Shown here: positions 46,382 to 60,692 of the stretch, in pieces | How positions within the stretch are numbered: the first letter of the stretch is position 1 | Layout of the letters: each line of letters starts with the position of its first letter | Source of the DNA: an uncultured Phycisphaerales bacterium | Lineage (GTDB): Bacteria; Planctomycetota; Phycisphaerae; Phycisphaerales; SM1A02 | NCBI GenBank assembly: GCA_938084645.1 | Contig: CALKEP010000008.1 | Span: 118,459 to 182,458 of the forward strand | Length of the DNA stretch: 64,000 bases | Direction: 5' to 3' | The notes under the pieces: model-generated | What the model saw: the letters and a program-made list of their open reading frames with translations, nothing else | Told to the model about the DNA's origin: nothing | The model's database searches: none | Made by a program: the position numbers and the translations under genes

Positions 46382-47563
46382 TCAGGCCTCGAGAAGTCGC
46401 ATGACTTCCTGGACGTCCTTGTCGCCCCGTCCGGAGCAGTTCAGGACGAGGTTCGCTTCGGCGGGCAGCTCGGCCGCCAGCTGGATCGATGCCGCGATCG
46501 CATGGGCCGTCTCGAGGGCGGGAATGATCCCTTCGAGCCGGGAGAGCTCCTGGAAGGCGGCCAGGGCGTCGGCGTCGTCGACCACGCGATACTCGACGCG
46601 ACCGGTGTCCTTCCAATGCGCGTGCTCCGGTCCGACGCCTGGATAATCGAGCCCCGCCGAACACGAGTGGACGTCGGCGGTCTGGCCCTCCTCGTCCTGC
46701 AGCACGTAGCTGAGCGAGCCGTGGAGGACGCCCGGGGAACCGAAGGCGAGCGGCGCGGCGTGGCCGCCCGGCGTGCTGCCGCGGCCGCCGGCCTCGACAC
46801 CGACGAGTCGAACGTCCTGGTCGGGGACGAACGGGGCGAAGATGCCCGCGGCGTTCGACCCGCCACCCACGCAGGCCACGACGGCGTCCGGAAGTCGTCC
46901 GAGCGTCTCGAGGCACTGGGCGCGGCACTCGATGCCGATCACCGACTGCAGCTCCCGCACGATCGTGGGAAAGGGGTGCGGGCCGACCACCGAGCCGAGG
47001 ATGTAGTGCGTTTCGCCGACCGAACCCATCCAGTCCCGCATCGCCTCGTTGGTCGCGTCCTTCAGCGTCCGGCTTCCGGAGTCGACTTCGTGGACGGTGG
47101 CCCCGAGCAGTCGCATTCGAAAGACGTTGAGCGACTGCCGTCGGGCGTCTTCCGCCCCCATGTAGACCTCGCAGGCCAGTCCGAATCGCGCGCAGGCCGT
47201 CGCGGTCGCGACCCCGTGCTGGCCCGCGCCGGTCTCCGCGATGATCCGGGACTTGCCCATCCGCTTCGCCAGGATGACCTGGCCGATGGTGTTGTTGATC
47301 TTGTGCGCGCCGGTGTGCGCGAGGTCTTCACGCTTGAGCCAGATGGTCGCGCCGCCCGCTCGGGCCGAAAGGCGTGGTGCGCAGGTGAAGGCGGTCGGTC
47401 GCCCGACGAAGTCCCGCAGGCAGTCGTCGACTTCCGCCTGGAACGCGGGATCTCGGCTCGCTTCGATCCAGGAGGCCTCCAGTTCCTCGAGCGCGACCAC
47501 GAGCGTCTCGGGGACGTACCGCCCGCCGAATCGCCCGAATCGCCCGGGAGTCGCGGTGGTCAT
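46382..47563 (-). CDS. trpB: Tryptophan synthase beta chain
   Basis: [49 protein letters not shown]. Confidence 0.97.
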   Translation of the reverse strand: MTTATPGRFGRFGGRYVPETLVVALEELEASWIEASRDPAFQAEVDDCLRDFVGRPTAFTCAPRLSARAGGATIWLKREDLAHTGAHKINNTIGQVILAKRMGKSRIIAETGAGQHGVATATACARFGLACEVYMGAEDARRQSLNVFRMRLLGATVHEVDSGSRTLKDATNEAMRDWMGSVGETHYILGSVVGPHPFPTIVRELQSVIGIECRAQCLETLGRLPDAVVACVGGGSNAAGIFAPFVPDQDVRLVGVEAGGRGSTPGGHAAPLAFGSPGVLHGSLSYVLQDEEGQTADVHSCSAGLDYPGVGPEHAHWKDTGRVEYRVVDDADALAAFQELSRLEGIIPALETAHAIAASIQLAAELPAEANLVLNCSGRGDKDVQEVMRLLEA

Positions 47564-48534
47564 TCCGCCTCCTCCGCGTCCGTGTTCATCTCGAATTCCC
47601 CGTCCGGTGACGCGTCGGCGGCTTCATCGGATCGACGGCGGAGCAGGCCGAGCGGGCCCGACACGGCATAGAGCGTGCAGGCGGCGGCCAGCGTCTCCTG
47701 CAGGAACCAGACCGCCGCGACGAGCGGCAGCGCGATGCGAACCATCGAGCCGAAGTCGCGGGCGCCGCGAAGGTAGCGATTCACCACGTGGGGATACCGC
47801 AGGTTCGAGACCATGCCGATGCCGCACAGCAGGGCGATCACCGGAATGGTGAGCGCCGCGATCCGGTCGAAGGCGAGTGATTCCGTGGCGTCGAACCGGG
47901 TGTAGAGCAGGTGCTGGTGGAGCACGATGAGACTCGCGACGGCGCCCGCGGCGCCGGGCGTGGGCAGGCCCTTGAAGAAGCGGTGGTCGCTCTCCTCATG
48001 GGAGGCCGTCTCGGCGTTGAATCGAGCGAGCCGGAGGCCCGCCCCGCAGACGAAGAGCGCCGCGATCGCCCAGACCGCCTTGCCGTACACCGACGTGACG
48101 CCGGGACCCACGACCGTGGCGTCGGCGTCGACACCGCTGCCGTAGTAGGTCTCGACCAGTTGGAGCATGAGGAACGCCGGGGCGACGCCGAAGGTCACCA
48201 CGTCGGCGATCGAATCGAGCTGGGCTCCGAGATCCGAGGTCGAGCGGGTGAGCCGGGCCACGGAACCGTCGATCGCATCGAAGAACATGCCGAGGAAGAT
48301 CAGGCATCCGCCCACCGTGATCGCGTTCCAGCCGAAGACCGCGGTCGTCACGTCCCCGCGGCTCGCATAGTGGATCGCGGCGAACCCGCACATGAGGTTC
48401 GCGAGCGTGAGCAGCGTCGGTACCACCGAGATCGGTCCGAGGGTTCGGCGCCGGATCTCGGCGCGAACCTCCTTCCGCCGGTTCGGGCGTTGTGATTTCG
48501 CGCGAGGCGTCGTCGGCATGCGGGGCGCTCCCAT
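47560..48534 (-). CDS. pssA: CDP-diacylglycerol--serine O-phosphatidyltransferase
   Basis: D.IDGSVAR...[33 protein letters not shown]. Confidence 0.88.
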   Translation of the reverse strand: MGAPRMPTTPRAKSQRPNRRKEVRAEIRRRTLGPISVVPTLLTLANLMCGFAAIHYASRGDVTTAVFGWNAITVGGCLIFLGMFFDAIDGSVARLTRSTSDLGAQLDSIADVVTFGVAPAFLMLQLVETYYGSGVDADATVVGPGVTSVYGKAVWAIAALFVCGAGLRLARFNAETASHEESDHRFFKGLPTPGAAGAVASLIVLHQHLLYTRFDATESLAFDRIAALTIPVIALLCGIGMVSNLRYPHVVNRYLRGARDFGSMVRIALPLVAAVWFLQETLAAACTLYAVSGPLGLLRRRSDEAADASPDGEFEMNTDAEEAE

Positions 48535-48586
48535 CCGATGAGGATAGCCGCCTCGTCGGGCGGATGACTCCGATCGAGACCCTCGA

Positions 48587-49501
48587 TCAGCCGGTCGGTT
48601 CGGACACCGGATCGCCGGGTGGAACGCCGACCGAGGGGTGGGGGCGTCCGGTGATGATCAGAAGGCCTCGATCCCGGACCCCGGTGTCGTCGAGCAGCAG
48701 TTCGGCGGTGGTCGGCGGCAGCGGCGCGACGGGACCAGCACCGATGCCGCCGACCGGCGCCGTTTCGGGCGGATCGACCGGGGTGCTCGAGGCGGAGGCC
48801 GTCGTCTCCGCAGGATCGGAGGCGGGCCCGGGGCCGGAACGCAGCCGTGGAATGGACGCGACGACCATCGCCTCCCCCGGTTCGAGGGTGCACTCGATCC
48901 CGTGACAGAAGGGAATCCCACGAAGATCGCCGAGTCGGCGGCTCGACATGGGATCGATCGAGGACTCGACGAGGTAGGGCGTGAGTTCGACGTGGATCGC
49001 GGCGTCGTCCACCGTGGGGATCGAGTAGCCCCGAGCCGCCAGCGCGACGGTGCGATCGCCCATCCTGCGGGCTCGTCCGTCCAGAAGCAGCACCGTGCCG
49101 CGGCCGAGGCGGCGACTGGCGAGATTTCGCCAACCGATCGCCTCGCCGTGCCAGGTTCTGCCTCGGTAGGCATCGGCGCCCAGGGTGCGACGGAGGAGTT
49201 CGAGTTCTTCGGGGCCGACGACCAGGACGCGGAATCCGTTTCGCTGCATCGCCGCGGTGCCGGGGAGCGATTCATTCTCCTCCGGTTCGACCGCGGCGAG
49301 GATGGCGTCGAGCGGCGGGCCCGCCTCGGGAAGGCTCCAGCGATCGACGATCAGTCCGGGGCGCGGATCCTCGCCGGCATACGTCGAGCCCGTGGAGGCC
49401 GGAGGGTCCGTCCGCACCGCCGGGTCGGGATCGCTGGAGCAGGCCGCGAGCCATGCGGTCGAGCCGAGGATGATCGCCGAAACGGCCGATCGAAGCGTCA
49501 T
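48587..49501 (-). CDS. Hypothetical lipoprotein
   Basis: Lipobox LAAC; ATGA overlap with upstream LOG-family gene. Confidence 0.6.
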   Translation of the reverse strand: MTLRSAVSAIILGSTAWLAACSSDPDPAVRTDPPASTGSTYAGEDPRPGLIVDRWSLPEAGPPLDAILAAVEPEENESLPGTAAMQRNGFRVLVVGPEELELLRRTLGADAYRGRTWHGEAIGWRNLASRRLGRGTVLLLDGRARRMGDRTVALAARGYSIPTVDDAAIHVELTPYLVESSIDPMSSRRLGDLRGIPFCHGIECTLEPGEAMVVASIPRLRSGPGPASDPAETTASASSTPVDPPETAPVGGIGAGPVAPLPPTTAELLLDDTGVRDRGLLIITGRPHPSVGVPPGDPVSEPTG

Positions 49502-50559
49502 GCGGGGTCGGCCGCCGGGGTCGGATCGAGATCGTTGACCGCATCGATCAACTGCCGGAGGACACCGAAGTCGCGCCGCTTCGACGCGAAGTGGAGACGA
49601 GGAAGGTCGAGGTGTTCCTCTTCGCCGTCGAGGGGGCCGCCCGTTCGCAGCACGCCGTCCTTCGCCAGCATGCCGAATCGCCGCTCGAGATCGGCGCGCT
49701 CCGATTCGGTGATCCGACGCTTCAGGCGAATCACGAACTCGTCGCGCACGTAGCGGCAGGAGTGGTACATGCGGTAGAACCGGAGGACGCGATCTCGGGC
49801 GTCCGCGGGATCCGAGGCGATCTCCAGCAGCGACATGTCCGCGGGACTGAGCCATCCGTTGTCGAGGAGTTCCTCGCGGATGAAGTCGACCCACCGCCGC
49901 CAGTAGGAGCCGCCCTCGCCTTCGAGGAGGACGATGGGCATCGGGTATGACTTGCCCGTCTGGATCAGGGTGAGCGCCTCGAAGAGTTCGTCCATGGTTC
50001 CGAATCCGCCCGGGAGCGCGGCGATCGCGTCCGAATGGGTGAGGAACATGACCTTGCGGGTGAAGAAGTACTGGAAGTTGATCAACTTCGGATCGGCGGC
50101 GATCACCTCGTTCGCGGTGGTCTCGAAGGGAAGACGGATCCGGAGACCGAAGCTCGCCTCGTGCCCGGGTCCTTCATGGCCCGCCTTCATGATGCCGTCG
50201 CCGGCGCCGGTGATCGACATCCAGTCGACTTCGCCCATGAGTCGACCGAATTCCCGGGCGGCGAGGTAGTCCGGATGATCCTCCGGGGTTCGCGCGGAGC
50301 CGAAGATCGAGATCTTCCGGCGCAGGATCCACGGGCGGAACACGCGGTAGGAGTACCGAAGCTCCTTGAGCGCGGAGTTGATCAGTTTCAGTTCACCGGT
50401 GTGGGAATCGTCACGGCCGAGTCGAAGACTCGTGGCGATCATCTGTTCGATGAGCGAACGTCGTCGGCCTTCCGGAAGTTCGGAATACCGGGCGGCCAGG
50501 TCGCGGATCGCCTCGTCACGGGCGTGGGAGTCGGGATGGGGCCGGTTGCCTTCGGTCAC
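49498..50559 (-). CDS. LOG family (TIGR00730) nucleotide phosphoribohydrolase-like protein
   Basis: SIFGSART, ITGAGDGIM, YFFTRKVMF, PGGFGTMDE; GTGA overlap with AsmA-like gene. Confidence 0.88.
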   Translation of the reverse strand: MTEGNRPHPDSHARDEAIRDLAARYSELPEGRRRSLIEQMIATSLRLGRDDSHTGELKLINSALKELRYSYRVFRPWILRRKISIFGSARTPEDHPDYLAAREFGRLMGEVDWMSITGAGDGIMKAGHEGPGHEASFGLRIRLPFETTANEVIAADPKLINFQYFFTRKVMFLTHSDAIAALPGGFGTMDELFEALTLIQTGKSYPMPIVLLEGEGGSYWRRWVDFIREELLDNGWLSPADMSLLEIASDPADARDRVLRFYRMYHSCRYVRDEFVIRLKRRITESERADLERRFGMLAKDGVLRTGGPLDGEEEHLDLPRLHFASKRRDFGVLRQLIDAVNDLDPTPAADPA

Positions 50560-53500
50560 GGAGCAGGTTCCTGGGTTGGGGCGTTCGTCTCCGCGGAAGA
50601 GACCTCGGAAGTATCTGTCATCGGCTCGATGTCGGGGGGTGGCAACACCATCGGGAGGGGGGTCACCGAAATTTCGGGTTCGCCCGGGGTGCCGCCGACG
50701 TCGATCACCGCCAGCGTGCCCGAAACCGCGGAAACGAGATCGCTGAGTCCGGGCAGGGTTCCTCGCGGCACGAGGCGAACCGACCATCGCCAATCGTCGA
50801 GTCGGAGTCTTCCGTCGCCCTCGAGCATCAGGGCTTCGGAGGCCAGTGTCACGTCCTCGAGCAGCACCTCGCCGCCGTCGATCCAGAGATCGGCGCTCGC
50901 GGTCGCGAGATCGCCGGCGATCGGTGGCATCAACTGCCCCAATTGAATCAGGGCGACCGAACCACCGTCGGCGAGACGCGCGTCCTGAACCTGGATCCGG
51001 CCGCTTCCGATCCGGCTCTCCGGGGCGTCCATCAGCCCCTCGAGATCGAGCTTCGCGGAGAGGCGTCCGGGAAGCGGTCCGGCGGGCGGGCCGGGCTCGT
51101 TGGCGTCGCGGGCGACCATGGCCAGGTCCGCATCGTGCAGCCGAAGTCCGAGCCGGTAGGCATCACCCTCGAGATCAAAGCGGAACTGGCCGCGGACGAG
51201 CCCTCCGCCGATCGAGGCCTCGGTGATGTCGACCAGGACGCCGTCGGCCGGGTCTCGCTCGGTCGCGGGGTCGAAGGTCCCCGCCAGCCTGACTCCGTCG
51301 ACCGGTCGTCCCTCCACGAGCATGTTCGCGATGCGGGCGTCGAGATCGAACGCGGTCGCGTGTCCACGCTCGGCGACGAGGCCGAGACGCATCACGCCGT
51401 CGATCTTCGTCATTCCCACGCTTCCGACGAGCAGGTCGCCCTCGACGAACTGCATCGCTCCCGCCGCCTCGTAGAGGAGCGGGTCATCCCCGGTGGTGCC
51501 CGTGACGTCGGGTCCGGATTCCTCGTCGCTGCCGTATGCCGCCGCGATGTCGCCGCTGACCCGGATCCGGCCCGTCGTCATCATCGACGGTCCCACGACA
51601 TTGGAGAACGGCGGTGTGAGGAATCCGAGTTCCGGCACGCGGCTGTCCGGCGCATCGAGGCGGAACTGGCCCTTGATCTTCAGGGCATCGAAGTCCCTGA
51701 GGTCGAAGGTGAAACGACAGGTGGTGTCTCGATCGCCGACCAGCTCGAGGGGGCCGATCCGGACCTGGTCGTCGTCGACGCGGACCGTGCCACCGGCCCG
51801 AACCGCTCCGCCGCCTCGTGTCTCCTCGGCCCCCGGCGTCGCCTGGATCGTGAAGCTCGATGGTTGGAGTTCGGCGTGGACCGATCGCTCGCGACCGCTC
51901 GCGATCGAGAAGCGACCCTCGAAATCACCCTCGGGGCGTCGTCCCCGCCACCATTCGGCGAACCCCTCGCCGACCGCGAGACGGAAGATCTCGTCCAGGG
52001 CGGGCGACTCGAATCGCCCGGTCTCCACGATGCCCTCGAGGTCGTGGTCGCCCGACGCCGCGGAGAGCCCGTAACCGCCACCCAGTCGGATCGAGCCATC
52101 GATCACCTGGTCGGTGGTGGATCGCATCGCGACGTCGTCGACGAAGATCACGTCCTCGCGGAAGCGAAGGCCGCCTCGATCGAAATCGATCGAGGTCCGT
52201 CCGATCTCGGTGTCGATCGCGACGGTCTGCGGGCTCGCGTCGACCTGGATCGTCGAGACGCCTTCCGCCTCCCGCCAGTCGATCCGAGCGTCGTATCGTC
52301 CCTCGGGCCGCCAGCGTTCCCAGAGACGTCGGGCCCGTGGGATCGACTCTTCCGGGATGAAGTCGAGGAGATAGTCCTCGATGGCGAGTTTCTGCAGCCG
52401 GGCGTCGCCCGTACCGAGTCGAGCTTCGATGTCGTATCGCCCGTTCGCGATCACGGTGCCCGTGCCCCGACGTCCGTTGAAGGACCGGAGTTCGACGAAG
52501 TCGTCGTTCACCGAAAGGACGGCGTTCACGTCATCGATCTCGAAGCCCCGGGGCCAGATCAAATCGTCCTGAGACGCGTTCTCGTCGGCGTTCCGGCCGG
52601 GACTGGCGCTGCCGCCGTCGAGGAGGATCGTGAAGTCGATGAAGGTCGAACCGGTCTCGGTCGATCCGATGCGACCGTGGTAGTCGAGGTCGCCTTCGAG
52701 TCCCATCCCGACGATGACCTCGACCGCCTCCGATCGACGCTCGCCGGGCCAGCCGGGGATCTCGTCCGCCGTTCGACCGTCTTCGACCCGGGGTGGAATC
52801 GCGGCGAGCAGGGTCGCATTCAGTGGATCGTTGGTGACCGTGAGCTCGAGATCCGGCAGGACGTCCCGGCTTCCGCGGCCGTCACGCGGAAGATCGATGC
52901 GACCGCTGAGACGACCCCGCCCGCCCGCGGGGGTCGTGAGCGAAAGGCCCGGTGGCTCGAGGACGACCGCGAGGTCTTCAAGGCGGATCGCACCGGTGGA
53001 CACCACGAGGGGGTAGGGGAACCGATTGAAGATTGCGCCGACGTCGTCGAGGCGGATGTCCCCCTCGACCGCCACGGGGATTCCGACCCCGCGGGGTCGA
53101 TGGACTCGAAGACGTATTCGGCCGTGACCGCCGAGGGCGAACGGGCCGGCGGCGATGATCGTCTCGCAGCGATCGATTCGCCGGTCGAGGCGTTCGACCT
53201 CCTCGCGATCGTTCCGGGCGAGGGCCTCGAAGCGGGACGCCTTCGCTTCGGCGAGCGTTGCCCGCATCGCGTCGATGCGCGGCCCGTCGACCAGCAGTCC
53301 GGCGGCGGCGAGGCGATCGAAGGCGGTCTGGTCGAAGAGCGTGCGAAGTCCCCGCTCGGTCGAGTCCGGAAGCGCTGCGAGCAGATGTTCATCGAGGGCG
53401 ATCCGGTCCGACTCGAGGACGAGGTCGACCGCGGCATCGTCTCCGGTTCCGAGGATCTCTCCGGTCAGGCCGAGCCGGCCGTCGTTCGGCCCGCGTCCGC

Positions 53501-55016
53501 TGAGCGACACGATGCGGATCCGCTCGTCATCGACGGTGAGTTGCGCATCGACGTCCTTCAGCGGGTACAGGAACTTCTCGTACATTCCGCGTCCACCCTC
53601 GAGCCAGAGATCGGCGCTGGCGACGACCGGGTCGTCCCGACCGATCGGCGAGCCGGATTCGAGCGAGCCCCGCGCCACCGTCGCCTTCGCGGTCAGGTTC
53701 CATGCCTGCGCCCGGAGCAGCTCCAGGGCTTCGGCCACCGGCTTCGGAAGATCCGCGACCGTGCGTTCGTCGTCCTCGGCCTTGAAGTCGCTGAGCGAGA
53801 TGTCGATCCGAAAGGGAGCCTCTTCGAGGAGCGTCATCCCCCACGACGCGATGGGCTGGTCCGTCGTCGCATCGTCGGCCGATTCCAGTCGGACCCGGAT
53901 CTCCGTGCTGATGTCGACCGGCACGATGGCCTCGTCGCCGCGCCCGGGGATCACGCGGCCACGCGTTCCCTGGACGAGGAGGTTTCGTCCGTCGAGCTCG
54001 ATCCGGCCCGAATCGAGGGTGACCCGCGGAAGCGGTGGTTTCTCCTCGAGAATCCGCCCGTTCTCGAATCGCACCCATTGCGATTCGAGATCGAGTCCCT
54101 CGGGAAGCGTCAGGGCGAGGTTTTCGACCTGGAGGGTCGCGGTCGGATCCTCGCCGGGTTGCCAGCTGACGTTCGCCGTTCGCAACACGCCGTCGAGGTC
54201 GAGTTCGGAGATGAAGGCCCGAGCCGAGGCGGAAAGCGCCAGGTCGACCCCGAGTTGGAGGTCCACGTCGTCGATCCGAAACTCGATCCGCCCCGTGGTC
54301 TCGTCGAGATGCCCCTTGGCCAGGGCCGTGGTCTGGTCGCCCTCGATGGCCGCGAGCGTGAACGCCATTCGCGTGTCGGTCGCGTCGGGCGGATCCAGGA
54401 TCGCGTTGAAGGCCGAGGTGCCCACGACTTCGAAGTGATCACCGTCGGCGTCCTCGGTCTCGATGCCGCTCTCGATCTCCAGCCGTGCGATCTCGATCGT
54501 TCCGAGTCCGAGGCCCCGCACCGTGCGGTCCTCGTCCCGGTCGTCCTTGTCCTCGTCGTCATCGTCGGTCTTCGGAGGTTCGAGCGACATGATGTTGAGG
54601 GCGGCGGCGTCACCCGAGCGCTCCGCGATCCGCACCAGCACTCGGTCCGCGTGGATCGATTCGAACTCGAGCGTCCCCGAGAGCAAGGGCAGCAGACGGA
54701 CCGTCGCGGAGAGATCGTCGATTCGCAGGACCTGCGCCGCATCGCCGTTCCAACCCGGCGCGTCGAGCACGATGCTGCCGATGGTGACGCGTCGAAGACC
54801 GTCGATGTCCAGATTCCCGACCGCCACCTCCGCACCCGTGCGACGGTGGAGCTCGTCCTCGAGCAGCATGGTGATCAGCGAGTTGCGAACGAACGCGAGA
54901 CCGATCAGCACCACCGCGAACACGATCGCGAGCCGGCCGAAGCGGCGACGCCAGCGGCGGGGTGAACGGGGGCGGGGTGTGGTCTCGGCGTTGGCCATGG
55001 TCTGGGTATGGTCCAC
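50556..55016 (-). CDS. Large AsmA-like envelope protein
   Basis: Single N-terminal TM, about 1480 aa of repeated beta segments (F.YPL motifs), C-terminal IDVGGTPGEPEI; start may be 54998. Confidence 0.72.
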   Translation of the reverse strand: MDHTQTMANAETTPRPRSPRRWRRRFGRLAIVFAVVLIGLAFVRNSLITMLLEDELHRRTGAEVAVGNLDIDGLRRVTIGSIVLDAPGWNGDAAQVLRIDDLSATVRLLPLLSGTLEFESIHADRVLVRIAERSGDAAALNIMSLEPPKTDDDDEDKDDRDEDRTVRGLGLGTIEIARLEIESGIETEDADGDHFEVVGTSAFNAILDPPDATDTRMAFTLAAIEGDQTTALAKGHLDETTGRIEFRIDDVDLQLGVDLALSASARAFISELDLDGVLRTANVSWQPGEDPTATLQVENLALTLPEGLDLESQWVRFENGRILEEKPPLPRVTLDSGRIELDGRNLLVQGTRGRVIPGRGDEAIVPVDISTEIRVRLESADDATTDQPIASWGMTLLEEAPFRIDISLSDFKAEDDERTVADLPKPVAEALELLRAQAWNLTAKATVARGSLESGSPIGRDDPVVASADLWLEGGRGMYEKFLYPLKDVDAQLTVDDERIRIVSLSGRGPNDGRLGLTGEILGTGDDAAVDLVLESDRIALDEHLLAALPDSTERGLRTLFDQTAFDRLAAAGLLVDGPRIDAMRATLAEAKASRFEALARNDREEVERLDRRIDRCETIIAAGPFALGGHGRIRLRVHRPRGVGIPVAVEGDIRLDDVGAIFNRFPYPLVVSTGAIRLEDLAVVLEPPGLSLTTPAGGRGRLSGRIDLPRDGRGSRDVLPDLELTVTNDPLNATLLAAIPPRVEDGRTADEIPGWPGERRSEAVEVIVGMGLEGDLDYHGRIGSTETGSTFIDFTILLDGGSASPGRNADENASQDDLIWPRGFEIDDVNAVLSVNDDFVELRSFNGRRGTGTVIANGRYDIEARLGTGDARLQKLAIEDYLLDFIPEESIPRARRLWERWRPEGRYDARIDWREAEGVSTIQVDASPQTVAIDTEIGRTSIDFDRGGLRFREDVIFVDDVAMRSTTDQVIDGSIRLGGGYGLSAASGDHDLEGIVETGRFESPALDEIFRLAVGEGFAEWWRGRRPEGDFEGRFSIASGRERSVHAELQPSSFTIQATPGAEETRGGGAVRAGGTVRVDDDQVRIGPLELVGDRDTTCRFTFDLRDFDALKIKGQFRLDAPDSRVPELGFLTPPFSNVVGPSMMTTGRIRVSGDIAAAYGSDEESGPDVTGTTGDDPLLYEAAGAMQFVEGDLLVGSVGMTKIDGVMRLGLVAERGHATAFDLDARIANMLVEGRPVDGVRLAGTFDPATERDPADGVLVDITEASIGGGLVRGQFRFDLEGDAYRLGLRLHDADLAMVARDANEPGPPAGPLPGRLSAKLDLEGLMDAPESRIGSGRIQVQDARLADGGSVALIQLGQLMPPIAGDLATASADLWIDGGEVLLEDVTLASEALMLEGDGRLRLDDWRWSVRLVPRGTLPGLSDLVSAVSGTLAVIDVGGTPGEPEISVTPLPMVLPPPDIEPMTDTSEVSSAETNAPTQEPAP

Positions 55017-55134
55017 TCGGGCCGCGTGATCGATCCCGGAAGCGATCCGGCCGAAAATCGGTCGCCGGATCTGGTTTCGTCATTCTAAGTGGATCCCGGC
55101 CCGCCGATCGGGATGTGGGCAATACACTTCGGCG

Positions 55135-55416
55135 ATGACGCCTTCCGACCAAGATCCGGCGGGGATGGCCAGCTCCGCCGGAATGCTGCTCTTCCTGCTG
55201 GTGGTGGTGATGGTGGTTCTCCTGATCCCGCTGCTGGCGGCCCTCCGCATCCGAGGCCGGAGGAAGATCGACCGCGCCAAGCGGCCTCGGGCCCGCTCAC
55301 CGCTGGACCCCTGGCGCGAGGGTGGTCGCCGACACGCCCAGCGGGACCTCGATGCCGACCCGGACCTCGACGACCCGAACCTCGACGACCCGAACCCCGG
55401 AGCCCATGGCTCATGA
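55135..55416 (+). CDS. Small single-TM membrane protein
   Basis: Hydrophobic helix, basic stretch, DPWREGGRR motif, acidic tail; TACACT 6 nt upstream. Confidence 0.65.
   Translation: MTPSDQDPAGMASSAGMLLFLLVVVMVVLLIPLLAALRIRGRRKIDRAKRPRARSPLDPWREGGRRHAQRDLDADPDLDDPNLDDPNPGAHGS
55364..55393 (+). repeat. 15-bp tandem repeat x2 (LDDPN codons)
   Basis: acctcgacgacccga repeated twice, plus a degenerate preceding copy. Confidence 0.7.
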
Positions 55417-55447
55417 ATGGATGCGGCGTCATCACGGAGGTCGTCCG

Positions 55448-56185
55448 ATGACCGTCCAGGAACCAGGACCCGGACGTCTCGCGGTGATCGGCGCGACCAG
55501 CCGGGTGGGACGCGCAGTCGCGGAGATCTTTCTCGAGCGCGGTTGGTCGCTCGAACTCACCGCCCGCGATCCGGATCGAATCGATCCCGCGATCCGACCG
55601 TCCTGCGAGTCGGCAACGCCTCGGGCGAGGTGTCACGCGCTCGACCTCGCCGACGCCGACGCCGTGGACCGCGTGACTGAATCGATCGGGAGCGCACCGC
55701 TGGATGCGGTCGTGGTGGCGGGCTCCCCGTTCGAGGAGACGCCGTTGGCCGAGGCGACGGCCGACGACTTCCACTACCACGCGGCCGCCCAGCTCGCGGG
55801 GCCCGCGCGACTGGTCGAGCGGCTCCGGCCTGCGCTGGCCGCCGCCACGTCGCCGGCGGTCGTCCTCTTCGGCGACATCCACGCACGGTCCCGGCCCCGC
55901 GCGAATGCGACGCCGTACCTCGTGGCGAAGGCGGGGGTGGAGGCGATGGTCGGCCTGCTGGCGGTCGAACTCGCACCGATCCGGGTCTTCGGCCTCTCGC
56001 CGGGGGTGGTGGGTTGGCCGGAGGACTGGCCGGAGACGCGACGCGATGCCTATCTCGAACGGGTCCCGCTCGGCCGCGCCGGAACCCCGGAGGAGGCAGC
56101 CCTGCTCGTTCGATCGCTGTTGCTCGATGCGACGTACTGCACGGGCATCGTGATTCCGATCGACGGTGGAAGACACCTTCGCTGA
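55448..56185 (+). CDS. SDR oxidoreductase, pteridine reductase (FolM/PTR1)-like
   Basis: GATSRVG, YLVAK, VPLGRAGTPEE, IDGGRHL; SD GGAGG. Confidence 0.8.
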   Translation: MTVQEPGPGRLAVIGATSRVGRAVAEIFLERGWSLELTARDPDRIDPAIRPSCESATPRARCHALDLADADAVDRVTESIGSAPLDAVVVAGSPFEETPLAEATADDFHYHAAAQLAGPARLVERLRPALAAATSPAVVLFGDIHARSRPRANATPYLVAKAGVEAMVGLLAVELAPIRVFGLSPGVVGWPEDWPETRRDAYLERVPLGRAGTPEEAALLVRSLLLDATYCTGIVIPIDGGRHLR

Positions 56186-56252
56186 GCACCCGGGTCCTGG
56201 GGACCGGCTTCGTCCCTCGGACGATGGTGGTCGAGGTCGTCATCACATTTCT

Positions 56253-57333
56253 TCAGGAATCCGGGTGATCGCCCGGTCGGGCCAGATCGGCGCGGGCCCG
56301 GACGACCCGGGGGTCGCCGGGTGCCGTGTCCTCGGCGATGCGAAGCCAGGCTTCCGCGTCCTCGGTGCGGCTGGCGGCGTCGAAGCAGCGTGCCGCTTCG
56401 ATGGCCGCGGCGAGATCCTCCGGATCATGGCGGGCCCGCGCGGCCCAGGTCTCGCCCGCGTCGCCGGGTCGGTCCAGGGCGAGCCATCCGGCCGCCAGTT
56501 CCTGCGTGACGTCGCGACGTTCGCGAACTGCCGCGGGGAGCGCGGCCAGCGATTCGACGGCGAGGCGGACCCGACCGGCGCGTCGGAGCAGCGCGGCACG
56601 ACGAATCCTGATTCCGGGCTCGTCCGGTGCGAGTCGGACCGCGGCGTCGAGCCGCTCGAAGGCGATCTGGGATTCGCCGGTTCGAAAACTCGTCTCCGCG
56701 AGCGCGGCGAGGACGAATGCGTCGTCGGGGCGCTCGCGGGCGAGCGTCTCGAGGATGTCGGCGGCCGCCTCGGGACGGTCCGCACGGAGGAGGGCCAGTC
56801 CCAGATAGAGCCGGGCGATCGGATCCGAGGTGTCGACGCGTCGGTACGCCTCGATCGCAGCATCCAGGCGGCCCGCTCCCTCGAGGGCCAGTCCGAGGTT
56901 GCGGCGGGTCTCGGCGTCGATCTTGCCGCCGTCCTCCGCCCGCTTCAGGGCGGTCGCCGCGTCCGCCGCGATCGCCGACGCGGCCGCCTCGCCGAAGGCT
57001 TCGCGGATCTCCCCGCTTCGCATCAGGAGGGTCCGGCCGAGGGCGGCGTCCACGACCGGATCGTCGGGAAGCCGGCTTGCGAGCGACCGGGCGACGGTTT
57101 CGGCGTTGTCGGCTCGTCCCGCGGCGAGCCACCGCTCGATCGCATCGAGGGAGGCGTCTCGGTCCGCGGCAGAAAGGGTCGTTCCAGGGGTGCGTGCGGG
57201 GGACGGGGGCTCGGTGTCCCCGTCGCAGGCGGTCATCAGCATCACGATCGCGACCGCCGGAACGGGCAAGAACCGGCGAAGTCGGGCGTGAACGGCCCAG
57301 CAGGGGCGTGGGGATTCGTAGACTGTCGGAATC

Positions 57334-57335
<2 letters not shown>
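56253..57335 (-). CDS. TPR-repeat probable lipoprotein (start uncertain)
   Basis: RLRR-hydrophobic-MTAC lipobox-like segment; multiple TPR repeats. Confidence 0.7.
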
Positions 57336-60582
<3,247 letters not shown>

Positions 60583-60692
60583 TCCGGCGGGATCCCCGAG
60601 GTCGTCGTCGGTGACGGGTGGTCGGCGGTTCCGGGCTCGGATCTCGATCGAGTCCTGCCCGGCCTGACCGGCAGTGGCTAGACTGAGAAACC

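Noticed and set aside
50943..54965. 1340-aa + strand ORF, and similar long antisense ORFs (56425-60207, 36473-38962, 6492-8675, 13591-15972)
   Set aside because: Shadow frames of real genes, expected in high-GC DNA; no protein motifs and biased R/G/D/V composition
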